Below are positions 37,870-46,497 of a DNA stretch of 64,000 nt, in pieces. This DNA comes from Candidatus Nomurabacteria bacterium. Its GTDB lineage: Bacteria; Patescibacteriota; Saccharimonadia; Saccharimonadales; CAIOMD01. The notes under the pieces are model-generated. The model had not been told where the DNA came from and made no database searches. It saw nothing but the letters and a program-made list of their open reading frames with translations. The stretch's first letter is position 1. Each line of letters begins with the position of its first letter. The stretch spans positions 329,049 through 393,048 of the forward strand of contig JACKGO010000001.1 of assembly GCA_020631975.1 (NCBI GenBank), written 5' to 3'. A program made the translations under genes and the position numbers.

Positions 37870-38946
37870 TTAGCCTTCTAAGTGTGTTTCTTCGGGGCCT
37901 ACGTAGCTCGCGGCTGGCTCGTTGCTACTTTTACGTGCAACACTGCTACCGACGTCTGCTGTTAGCTCTACGAGACGGTTAGAGTACCCCCACTCGTTGT
38001 CATACCATGCTACAACTTTAAGCAGATTTCCACCAACAACGCTGGTAAGTGACAGATCTACCGTTGAGCTGTGGCTATTACCAATAAAATCAGATGATAC
38101 TAATGGCTCATTGGTTATCGCTAAAATGCCTTGGTAGTATGGTTCGCTAGCGGCTTTTTTAAAAGCATCGTTTACTGCTTCTACAGTTACCGTTTGCTTG
38201 GTGACAATAACAAAGTCAGACAAGCTGACGACAGGTGTCGGTACGCGCACACTTAACCCACCAAATACTCCAGCTATTTCTGGTAATGCTTGGCCAGCTG
38301 CAATTGATGCTCCAGTTGTAGTAGGTACAATGTTTTCGGCAGCATTGCGGGCTTCACGCAAATCTTTGGCCGGTGCATCTTGCAAACGTTGGCTTGCAGT
38401 ATAACTATGTACTGTTGTCATCATTGCTTTATCTATACCAAAGTTTTGGCTTATTACGTCCATTACTGGTGTAATGCAATTTGTCGTACAGCTTGCATTA
38501 CTTATGATGTCACTTGCACCTTCAAGCTTATCTTCGTTTACCCCTAAGACAATAGTGGTTGCGCCTTCACCTTTTGCCGGTGCACTAATCACTACTCGCT
38601 TTGCCCCAGCCTGATCTATGTGTGCGCGGGCTTTCGCAGGGTCAACAAAAAAGCCTGTACTTTCTATCACGACATCTACCTCGAGATCACCCCAAGGTAA
38701 AAGAGCGGGGTCAGTTTGCTTGTACACACGGACCGGTTTGCCATCAACAATGATATGTTCTTCATCGGACGCTACTTCGTGATGGTATGTACCATAGTTA
38801 CTATCATGTTTAAGTAGATGGGCAAGCGTTTTTGTATCTGTTAAATCATTAATTGCTACGATTTCAATATCTTTTCTTTCAAATGCTACCTTAAATGCAT
38901 TGCGCCCTATACGCCCAAAGCCATTAATTGCTACCTTTGTTACCAT
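37870..38946 (-). CDS. gap: Type I glyceraldehyde-3-phosphate dehydrogenase with ~20-aa C-terminal extension
   Basis: INGFGRIGR, SNASCTTN and WYDNEWGYS motifs. ATG at 38946 with SD AGGGAGGG; the ORF-track start 39012 is rejected. Confidence 0.92.
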   Translation of the reverse strand: MVTKVAINGFGRIGRNAFKVAFERKDIEIVAINDLTDTKTLAHLLKHDSNYGTYHHEVASDEEHIIVDGKPVRVYKQTDPALLPWGDLEVDVVIESTGFFVDPAKARAHIDQAGAKRVVISAPAKGEGATTIVLGVNEDKLEGASDIISNASCTTNCITPVMDVISQNFGIDKAMMTTVHSYTASQRLQDAPAKDLREARNAAENIVPTTTGASIAAGQALPEIAGVFGGLSVRVPTPVVSLSDFVIVTKQTVTVEAVNDAFKKAASEPYYQGILAITNEPLVSSDFIGNSHSSTVDLSLTSVVGGNLLKVVAWYDNEWGYSNRLVELTADVGSSVARKSSNEPAASYVGPEETHLEG

Positions 38947-39011
38947 GTGTCCCTCCCTGATTGTTGTACGTTTATGTTTATTGTATATGCTTATGGCATT
39001 CGCCTCAAGCA

Positions 39012-39539
39012 TTAGTTACTATATCGCTCTATACACTCTGAAATTATTGTTTTGGCTTCTGCCACGTCGCCCCAGCCAAGCACTTTGGTACTGCCAGGTT
39101 TTTTTAAATCTTTATAGTGGGTAAAGTGGTGTTCAATTTGTTGTTGCCACCGGGTGCCTAAATCTTCTAGGCTGTTAATGCTATCCCCTGTCTGACGATC
39201 ATCTGCAGGGACGCATACGATTTTGTAGTCCATTTCACCATCGTCTTCAAAATTTAATATGCCAATCACTTTTGCTTCTAGCCATATGCCCGTGGGCAGT
39301 GGTTCGTTCGTAACAACGAGGGTATCTAATTCATCGCCGTCTTCATCGAGCGTACCAGGAATAAAGCCATAGTTTACTGGTTTGGCAAAAATTGCTGGCT
39401 CTACACGGTCTAACATAAACGCGGCATGTTCACGATCCCACTCAATTTTGTGGGAACTCCCTTTCGGTATTTCAATTACAGTGTTTACGAGCGCTTTTTG
39501 CCAATCGCCTGGACTTAGTACTTTATTAAAATCAGCCAT
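39012..39539 (-). CDS. ppa: Inorganic pyrophosphatase (family I)
   Basis: IEIPKGS..K.E.D, YGFIPGTL..DGD.LD; SD AGGAG upstream. Confidence 0.9.
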   Translation of the reverse strand: MADFNKVLSPGDWQKALVNTVIEIPKGSSHKIEWDREHAAFMLDRVEPAIFAKPVNYGFIPGTLDEDGDELDTLVVTNEPLPTGIWLEAKVIGILNFEDDGEMDYKIVCVPADDRQTGDSINSLEDLGTRWQQQIEHHFTHYKDLKKPGSTKVLGWGDVAEAKTIISECIERYSN

Positions 39540-39583
39540 GTATTCTCCTAAATTATCTACCTATGTAGTATACAATAATTATT

Positions 39584-40231
39584 ATGCAAATTATTTCTCA
39601 TCGTTGCGAAACACTCAGCGCTATCCATGCTGCTGCTACGTACGATGTAGCGTATATAGAGTTTGATATCCGGTACACGAAAAATAATAAAATAGTTGTG
39701 TATCATAACGATAAAACACCATCTGGCAAAACTATTGCACATATAACCTTAAAAGCATTGCAGCGTGAAGTTGAAGATACCTGCGAGCTTGCTCCGGCCT
39801 TGGTTGCCTGCGGTAACAGGCCCGCTTTGGTAGAATCAAAGTCTAAAGGGACGATTGCTCGTTCTCTGCCCGAGCTTAAAAAAAACCATCGGGCAGCAGT
39901 AGCCAGCTTTCATGCAGATGAAATTTTAGCTGCGCGTATCAACTTGCCGTCACATAAAACATTTTTGCTGCAACGATACCATCCTTTTGGAATTATTCGC
40001 AAAGCATTGAATGTAGATGCGCACGGTATAGGGCTGAACAAAAACTGGATCTTGCTGTTCCCTTACTATTACAACCAAGCGCAAAAAAACGAACTAGCTA
40101 TCTATACCTACACTGTTAATAACCTATGGCTAGGGCGTCGTCTCCAGGCGTTATTCAAAAAATTGTTTATTTGTACTGACTATCCTCATAAGTTTACAAA
40201 AACCACCCCTGCGAGCAGCACTAAATCATGA
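39584..40231 (+). CDS. Glycerophosphodiester phosphodiesterase (GDPD)-family protein
   Basis: IISHRC...YIEFDIRYTKNNKIVVYHND matches the GDPD N-terminal pattern. Confidence 0.6.
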   Translation: MQIISHRCETLSAIHAAATYDVAYIEFDIRYTKNNKIVVYHNDKTPSGKTIAHITLKALQREVEDTCELAPALVACGNRPALVESKSKGTIARSLPELKKNHRAAVASFHADEILAARINLPSHKTFLLQRYHPFGIIRKALNVDAHGIGLNKNWILLFPYYYNQAQKNELAIYTYTVNNLWLGRRLQALFKKLFICTDYPHKFTKTTPASSTKS

Positions 40232-40614
40232 CTAAACGTTGGCGCATTATTGTTGTAATTACTATATTAGGGCTTATTATTGGCAGTACCACCGCTTACT
40301 TATTAATGAAAAAATCAGAATCTCGCCAAGATATACCGTTGCCTTCGTTGCAAAAAGAAATCACCTTGGCAGATATGCAAAACCATGCAAACGAAACAAG
40401 TTGCTGGACGTATATCGGAGGTCAAGTATTTGACGCTACAACTGTTATACGGGATTTTCCAGACTATAAAACAATTCTTTTACGCACTTGCGGTACAGAT
40501 GGTTCAGATGTGTTTGTCGTAAAAAAATACGAAACACAACAACTAACTAAAGAAACACTCACACAACTACGTCAGACACTGAACAATCACCAAATTGGTT
40601 TACTAATCCCTTAA
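40228..40614 (+). CDS. Membrane-anchored cytochrome b5-like domain protein lacking the canonical heme-ligand histidines
   Basis: N-terminal TM helix. ITLADMQNHANETSCWTYIGGQVFDAT is b5-like, but HPGG is replaced by FPDY and the second His region by GTDGSD. Confidence 0.55.
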   Translation: MTKRWRIIVVITILGLIIGSTTAYLLMKKSESRQDIPLPSLQKEITLADMQNHANETSCWTYIGGQVFDATTVIRDFPDYKTILLRTCGTDGSDVFVVKKYETQQLTKETLTQLRQTLNNHQIGLLIP

Positions 40615-40636
40615 TACCTACGGTTTTATTGCTTAG

Positions 40637-41212
40637 TTATTGTGGCAATAAGACCGCTGTTAAAATATGAATGGTACCATTAGACGCCGCGACATCTGCC
40701 GTTTTTATAAGGGCCTTGTTACCTTTCGCATCTACAAAGCTCGTTTTGCCATCACTTATTTCTATGATGATTTCTTGACCATTGACGGTTGGAAGCTTTT
40801 GACCGTTTTGCAAACTCTCTGCCGATAAATTACCTTTGACGATATGGTATTGCATTAATTTACGTAGATTGTCTTTATTTTCTGGTTTCTTAAGTGTATC
40901 TAGTAAACCCTCTGGCAGAGCTTTAAAGGCATCGTCGGTTGGCGCAAGTACTGTATACGGACCCTGCCCCTGTAACGTAGTTACCACATCGGCTTCTACG
41001 AGTAGTTCATTAAATATTTTAATCTGTTTTTGCTTTTTTAATATGCTGTCTAGGCTATCTTTTTGCTCTTGCGTGGTTGCATCGCTTTGCTGTGAATTGG
41101 TTGTAGCTGTATCATTTGCTGTTGTTTCATCTTTACCACCATATACAATGAACCATATACTTACACCAGCTATGGCGATCCCTAGTATAATAAAAAATAA
41201 TTTTTTCTTCAT
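40637..41212 (-). CDS. Fasciclin (FAS1) domain protein, membrane/secretion anchored
   Basis: YTVLAPTDDAFKALP...NGTIHILTAVLLP; N-terminal signal/TM. Confidence 0.8.
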   Translation of the reverse strand: MKKKLFFIILGIAIAGVSIWFIVYGGKDETTANDTATTNSQQSDATTQEQKDSLDSILKKQKQIKIFNELLVEADVVTTLQGQGPYTVLAPTDDAFKALPEGLLDTLKKPENKDNLRKLMQYHIVKGNLSAESLQNGQKLPTVNGQEIIIEISDGKTSFVDAKGNKALIKTADVAASNGTIHILTAVLLPQ

Positions 41213-41270
41213 GTAGACCTGCTCCTTGTATATACATTATGCCGTAAGCGGTTTACGCCTGCAACTATGC

Positions 41271-41732
41271 TTAAGATGGCATTTCTTTGTTAGACAGTGC
41301 AGTAATAACGCTATAATAACCTTGTATGGCAGCCTTATCGGTACCTGCTAGCCATGGAGCAGTCGCTTTTTTTAGTTCACCTTCAATAACGCACGCTTTT
41401 TCTAGACCATCACTCGTCATGAGTACTCGTCGTGCGCGCTTATCTTTTGGATCGTCTATGCGAATGAGCCAACCTGTATGTTCGGCTTTGTGTACTAAAT
41501 TAGTAATAACAGGCATTTCTACACCGAGCGTTTTTGCAAGCTCTGAAATTCTAATACCATCTTTACCTGCATCTATCGCCGTACCTATAATAAGCCACTC
41601 TGTAATGGTAATGGTGTACTTTTTGAGTGTACATTCCATAAAGGCACGTACTTTGCGATACGCCCGAGCTTGAGCAATAACTGTTTGGTAAGTAGTGATT
41701 TGTCTATAAGGCACTACTATATTATTTAACAT
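41271..41732 (-). CDS. MarR-family transcriptional regulator
   Basis: Winged-helix pattern (ISELAKTLGVEMPVITNLVHKAEHTGWLIRIDDPKDKRARRV). It is the last gene of the nrdH-like/trxB run. Confidence 0.8.
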   Translation of the reverse strand: MLNNIVVPYRQITTYQTVIAQARAYRKVRAFMECTLKKYTITITEWLIIGTAIDAGKDGIRISELAKTLGVEMPVITNLVHKAEHTGWLIRIDDPKDKRARRVLMTSDGLEKACVIEGELKKATAPWLAGTDKAAIQGYYSVITALSNKEMPS

Positions 41733-41771
41733 TATTAAGTAAATATTGCAACTAGTTACTGGGCTGAACGA

Positions 41772-42692
41772 TTATTTCTTAAGCGTTTCTAGGTATTCGC
41801 GAATACGCAGCGCCGCTGTTGCGCCTTCTCCGACGGCAGTAGCTATCTGCATGGTAGCCCCACTCCGTACGTCCCCTGCCGCAAATACACCAGGAAGTGA
41901 CGTTTCTAAACGGTCATTTGTCTTAACAAAACCAATCTCATCAAGCTCGATGTCTTTGCCTAAAAATTGAGTATTCGGCTTTAAGCCTACAAATACAAAT
42001 ACACCATCTGTCTGAAATGTCACTTGTTTATTTGCTTTTTTATCGGTGCCTTTAACGGCTGTTACTTTGCTGCCATCACCAATAATTTCATCTGTAGTTG
42101 TGTTCATGTGAACGGTAATCTGCTTATTTTTCTCTAGTTCGTGCAGCAGCACATCTGATGCCCTAAAGACATCGCTGCGTACCAATAGATCTATATGGCT
42201 CGCAAATTTAGTCAAAAACAGTGCTTCTTGTACGGCAGAATTACCACCGCCAACAACAATAATCTTTTTGTCGCGATAAAAAGCGCCATCACATGTTGCA
42301 CAATAATGAACACCCCGCGACAAGTACTCAGCCTCACCAGGTATACCAAGTTTTTTGTACTCGGTCCCAGTGGCTATCAAGACTGCCTTGGCGCGCCGCT
42401 CACCACTAAACGTATCGAGTACCACTACATCACCTTCTTTGCGTATGTTGCTGACCTCGTCTAGCTCTATTTTTGCACCAAAACGCTCGGCTTGTTTACG
42501 TAAATTTTCGGCTAAATCTAACCCACTTATGCCTTCTGGAAACCCCGGATAGTTGTCTATCCAGTCTGTCGTTGCGGCGAGCCCACCTATAACCGCTTTT
42601 TCTAATAATACTGTGTCAATATCTTCGCGGGTCGTGTATACAGCTGCAGTTAAAGCAGCTGGGCCGGCCCCAATCATGAGTATGTCTTGCAT
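41772..42692 (-). CDS. trxB: Thioredoxin-disulfide reductase
   Basis: GAGPAALTAA, the redox-active CATCDG motif and GGGNSAVQEA; 306 aa. Confidence 0.92.
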   Translation of the reverse strand: MQDILMIGAGPAALTAAVYTTREDIDTVLLEKAVIGGLAATTDWIDNYPGFPEGISGLDLAENLRKQAERFGAKIELDEVSNIRKEGDVVVLDTFSGERRAKAVLIATGTEYKKLGIPGEAEYLSRGVHYCATCDGAFYRDKKIIVVGGGNSAVQEALFLTKFASHIDLLVRSDVFRASDVLLHELEKNKQITVHMNTTTDEIIGDGSKVTAVKGTDKKANKQVTFQTDGVFVFVGLKPNTQFLGKDIELDEIGFVKTNDRLETSLPGVFAAGDVRSGATMQIATAVGEGATAALRIREYLETLKK

Positions 42693-42701
42693 GTGTTACC
42701 T

Positions 42702-42950
42702 CTACGCAACAGCTGGGGCTAGTTTGGCAATATTATAACCAACCACAACTTCTTGCGTGTCATCCTGTTTAGTTATTACGGTCACTGGTACCGCCATCTG
42801 ACCACTTATTGTAAACGCCTCTTGAGCTCTGTCTGGCTGTTCGTCGATATTTACTTCTGTATATGCAAGGTTTTTGCTTGCTAACCACTTTTTGACCATA
42901 ACGCAATAGGCGCAGGTAGTGGTTGTATAAATTGTAATTTCTTTTGGCAT
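42702..42950 (-). CDS. Glutaredoxin-like protein (NrdH/YruB-like), CAYC active site
   Basis: 82 aa; ITIYTTTTCAYCVMVKKWL thioredoxin-fold N-terminus. Confidence 0.75.
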   Translation of the reverse strand: MPKEITIYTTTTCAYCVMVKKWLASKNLAYTEVNIDEQPDRAQEAFTISGQMAVPVTVITKQDDTQEVVVGYNIAKLAPAVA

Positions 42951-42995
42951 AGGATCCTTTTTAAAATGCTAATTACTTTACTTTGTATAGTTAGT

Positions 42996-43024
42996 ACTAT
43001 AGCGCAGGCAAGGGGCGTTGTCAA
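42996..43024 (-). promoter_or_regulatory. Strong sigma-70-type promoter of the nrdH-like/trxB/marR operon (-35 TTGACA, 17 nt, -10 TATAGT)
   Basis: On the minus strand TTGACA is at 43024..43019 and TATAGT at 43001..42996. The SD AAAGGA precedes ATG 42950. Confidence 0.7.
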
Positions 43025-43040
43025 CGCTATATATAGCGTT
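43023..43040. promoter_or_regulatory. 18-bp perfect palindrome AACGCTA-TATA-TAGCGTT (same ACGCTA-N4-TAGCGT motif), abutting the -35 box
   Basis: Read directly from the sequence. It overlaps the -35 hexamer by 2 nt and starts at the last base of the FKBP stop codon. Confidence 0.6.
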
Positions 43041-43585
43041 TATTGGCCAACTTTTATAAGCGTAACGTCAAATACTAAGTCTGAATTTGCAGGGATGAGT
43101 GGGGATGGACTTTGTTCTCCGTATGCTTTTGCTGCCGGTATGTATAATCGGCGCTTGCCTCCCTCTTTCATGCCAGGAATTCCCTCTTGCCAGCCAACAA
43201 TCACTTGTCCGAGGCCAAATGTAGCTGGTTGACCACGATCTATGGAATTATCAAATCCAGCACCAGTTGCAGCTAGTACTCCTACATAGTCTACGGTGAC
43301 GGTATCACCTGGCTTAGCTTCTGCCCCTGTGCCAACAACAAGATCTTCTGTTTTTAGCTCTGGTACGCTCGCGACTGGTGAAAAGCCTTCAATTTGCCTT
43401 TGTTCTTGCACTTGTTGTTCCTCCTTAGATTGTTGAGTTAATTTATCTAGCTCTTCTTGGCTAATAGTCTGTGCATCGTCTTGACTAGAATTAGCATAGA
43501 TTGCATAGGCTGTTACACCAACAGTAGTCCCTACAAATAGTAGCGTAATGAGCAATATGCCGACCCTTTGGGCTGTTTCTGACAT
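43040..43585 (-). CDS. FKBP-type peptidyl-prolyl cis-trans isomerase, N-terminally membrane anchored
   Basis: FKBP_C pattern (GDTVTVDYVGVL..G..FDNS.......F.LG.VI.GW.EG..GMK.GG.R.L.IP); SD GAGGGAAGGA. Confidence 0.85.
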   Translation of the reverse strand: MSETAQRVGILLITLLFVGTTVGVTAYAIYANSSQDDAQTISQEELDKLTQQSKEEQQVQEQRQIEGFSPVASVPELKTEDLVVGTGAEAKPGDTVTVDYVGVLAATGAGFDNSIDRGQPATFGLGQVIVGWQEGIPGMKEGGKRRLYIPAAKAYGEQSPSPLIPANSDLVFDVTLIKVGQ

Positions 43586-43677
43586 AGTTTTAATGTGTCC
43601 TTCCCTCTTGTATTATCTTTTCTTATGTTTAGTATACCAATTACGCAATAGTATTTATATGGTAGTAATCACAATAC

Positions 43678-46464
43678 TTAGCCAAACAGTAGCCCAGCTG
43701 CAACCATACAAGCTACAAGAACACCCACGATAAGCAAACCTTTTTTCCGGCTAATTCTGGTACGGGTAAATTCAGCGCCAAGATAATAATAAGGGAACAC
43801 TGTAATAACCAGGAACGTGCTTGATAACAAGCCAAAAATAATCAACACTGCAAGTCCTTGCCAAAATGGGCTAAGAATAGCAAGTGGTGTGATTGCAACG
43901 ACCGCCGTAAGACTTGTCGCAATTAGTGGGCGAAAACGTTCTTGCAGGGCTTCGCTAATGGCATCTACCGCACCCTTGCCTGCCTTGCGAGCTTGGTTTG
44001 CATAGTCTGTTAGCAAAATAGTGTTTTTAATACTAAGCCCAATAAGCGCAAAGAAACCGAGCATCGCAAAGAAGCTGAATGGGTTATCTGTAAGATACAG
44101 GCTCAAGCTTATACCAAAGAAGCTGAATGGGAGTGCAAAAAAGATAAGCAGTGGCTGTAGTAGTGAGCGGAATTGCACCGCTAGTAAAATATAAATTGCA
44201 AGTAAAACAAACGGGAAGGCAATGCCTAGCGCCGCAAAACTATCTTGATTTTCTGCTTCTTGACCGAGGTCGTACTGCAACGCTTCATTGTTTAAACCAT
44301 ACGATGCTACTTTTTCAGGTGGGAATGCTTCATTTACAGCAGCCTCTGTAAGATTAAATAGTCGCGTTGTGTCGCTGCCGTCAAATTCGGCGCTAACAGG
44401 TACACGTAATGTACTATCTGCTCGGGTAAACGAACTAGGGTTGGGTGGCGAGACATTTGTTACACTTGCAGTCGTTCCATCTGGGCGCGTAACAGTGAGT
44501 GTTTCAAAAAAGGTAGCTACGTCTTGCGCCAGGGCAAGTGAAGCTTCACGGTTATCGTCCACGATAACAACTGTAAACGCCTGAGCTGGTGGGCCAGCAT
44601 CTACTTGTGCAGCCTTAGACTGGACCGTGGGTAATTGCTCGTCGAGGGCTGATTGCACTTGGCTCACGAGCTCTGGTGAACGGACATCTCTCTTAGAATA
44701 TGAGATCAGTTTTATAGAAAGCGTAGCGCTACGTTCATCGCCACTATTGTAAAGTGAGCCATATTCTAGGTTTTCGTCTAGGGTTGTATTAATGATTTGC
44801 GTTGCTTTATTGGTGTAGTCTTCTGCAGCCGTAAGGTCGGTGCCTGGTGCAAACGATAGAGTCACCTGCATATCATTAGCGTCTTTTGAAGCAGGAAAGA
44901 TATTAAACGCTACTTTTGTTGCAAAATAGCCCCCTGCTGCAATAAAGCCAAACCCAATAACAACCGCAGTGAGTCCAACTAACGTTAACCGTTTGAGTGA
45001 GTTTTTTGCCCACTGCATTGGTCTAGCTATAAACTCAGCCAGTTTATGCTCGAACCCTGCTGCAACCTCTTTAATGCCGTCTTCACCCATTGACTTTTTG
45101 TTTAAGAGCACGAATTTCGCTAGATACGGTATAAATATTAAAGATACTAACAGGCTAATAAGCAGTGCCGCAATAACTGTCGCCGGTATTGCCCGTATAA
45201 ATGTCCCTAGTATTCCACCAACGAATAACAGTGGCATAAAGCTTAACACTGCTACAAAAGTTGCGCTTAACATTGCACGGCTAATTTTACGCGTAGCCTC
45301 AGCGACTGCTTTTCTGGCACTCTTTTGCCGCCTACGCTGAGCGTCGATGGCTTCAATCATGATAATAGTGTCGTCAACAATGAGCGCTAAACTTAAGATA
45401 AGTGCAAATAGTGTTATGACATTGAGGGTGTAGCCAAGCACGTATAACAGTCCTATCACTCCAAAGATAATCACAATGAGGGCAATAACCGTTATAAAGG
45501 ATGCCCGTAATGCAATCACAAGTGCTCCCACAACCAACACGGCTACAAGTGCAATCAGTAGTTCACGCTGAAGTTCAGAAATATTATCTCTGATATCGGG
45601 TGCAAAACTGGCACTCACAACAGCACTTGTTGACGTGTCAGATTGATTGGCAACTATCTCACCTACAGCCGCATTTACTTCGTCATCAAATTGAAGCAAA
45701 TCGGCTGAATCTGTTTTAGTGACACCTACGAGTACCGATGGATACAGTGTACTTTGGTTTGCTTCTCTTTGGCTATATGCATCAAACGTCCTTTGAATGA
45801 TTTGCGATTGCCCTGTAAACGGATTGGTTGCTTGCTGGAAAGGATCTATGACGTAAGCTTTCTTAACTGTTGATAAGTTTTTTTGATTAAGTTCATCTGC
45901 AAATAGTTGGGCAGATGCAACCAACTGCTCTGTTGTTTGGTTAGCCTTACCATACACAGAAATACCAATATCCACAGGCTCTAGTTGTCTGCCGGCAGGG
46001 CTAATATACGGTGCACTTACCGTTACTTGCGCTTGCTCAGGAATTATATTCTCTGTCTTTAGTGTAGACTCTAGCTGTGCTGCGGCTTCTTGAGCATTCA
46101 CTGACTCTTCATACCGTACAAATACGTTAAAGAAGTTATCAAAGGCTTGTGATTGGACGGTTGCCACGCCTTGCTGTTTCATAGCAGCGTCAGAAATCGG
46201 TTTTGCAACAGAAGTGTCTACTTTTTCGGCATCACCAATGTAAGTACCATTAATGCTGGCGACCGGAAAATCAATACTTGGAAAGCCTTCACGTTTTAGA
46301 AGGGTAGTGTAACTTAGTACGCCAAAGGCGAAAATAAACAACAACAATGCCGCAGTAAATCGTGGCCTATCAAAAAAGAATAGGCTAAATTTTGGCAATA
46401 ATTTAGCATCATTTTTAGTAAAGGTCGTTTGCTTGACCTTTTTTGTCGTAGTTTTTTTTGCCAT
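43678..46464 (-). CDS. RND-superfamily efflux permease (AcrB-like), 928 aa
   Basis: 12-TM architecture with two large loops and an AcrB-like N-terminus (FFFDRPRFTAALLL). SD AAGGGGGAG. No adaptor or outer-membrane partner gene is adjacent. Confidence 0.8.
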   Translation of the reverse strand: MAKKTTTKKVKQTTFTKNDAKLLPKFSLFFFDRPRFTAALLLFIFAFGVLSYTTLLKREGFPSIDFPVASINGTYIGDAEKVDTSVAKPISDAAMKQQGVATVQSQAFDNFFNVFVRYEESVNAQEAAAQLESTLKTENIIPEQAQVTVSAPYISPAGRQLEPVDIGISVYGKANQTTEQLVASAQLFADELNQKNLSTVKKAYVIDPFQQATNPFTGQSQIIQRTFDAYSQREANQSTLYPSVLVGVTKTDSADLLQFDDEVNAAVGEIVANQSDTSTSAVVSASFAPDIRDNISELQRELLIALVAVLVVGALVIALRASFITVIALIVIIFGVIGLLYVLGYTLNVITLFALILSLALIVDDTIIMIEAIDAQRRRQKSARKAVAEATRKISRAMLSATFVAVLSFMPLLFVGGILGTFIRAIPATVIAALLISLLVSLIFIPYLAKFVLLNKKSMGEDGIKEVAAGFEHKLAEFIARPMQWAKNSLKRLTLVGLTAVVIGFGFIAAGGYFATKVAFNIFPASKDANDMQVTLSFAPGTDLTAAEDYTNKATQIINTTLDENLEYGSLYNSGDERSATLSIKLISYSKRDVRSPELVSQVQSALDEQLPTVQSKAAQVDAGPPAQAFTVVIVDDNREASLALAQDVATFFETLTVTRPDGTTASVTNVSPPNPSSFTRADSTLRVPVSAEFDGSDTTRLFNLTEAAVNEAFPPEKVASYGLNNEALQYDLGQEAENQDSFAALGIAFPFVLLAIYILLAVQFRSLLQPLLIFFALPFSFFGISLSLYLTDNPFSFFAMLGFFALIGLSIKNTILLTDYANQARKAGKGAVDAISEALQERFRPLIATSLTAVVAITPLAILSPFWQGLAVLIIFGLLSSTFLVITVFPYYYLGAEFTRTRISRKKGLLIVGVLVACMVAAGLLFG

Positions 46465-46497
46465 ACTCCCCCTTAATTACTTAACAATATTAACAAA

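Noticed and set aside
44722-44733. 12-bp palindrome CGTAGCGCTACG inside the RND gene, sharing the 10-mer GTAGCGCTAC with 57816-57825
   Set aside because: There are only two copies and this one is inside a CDS. A similar CGCTAC-GTA-GTAGCG at 48208-48222 is also coding. The evidence is too thin to call a repeat family or a restriction-modification/uptake signal.
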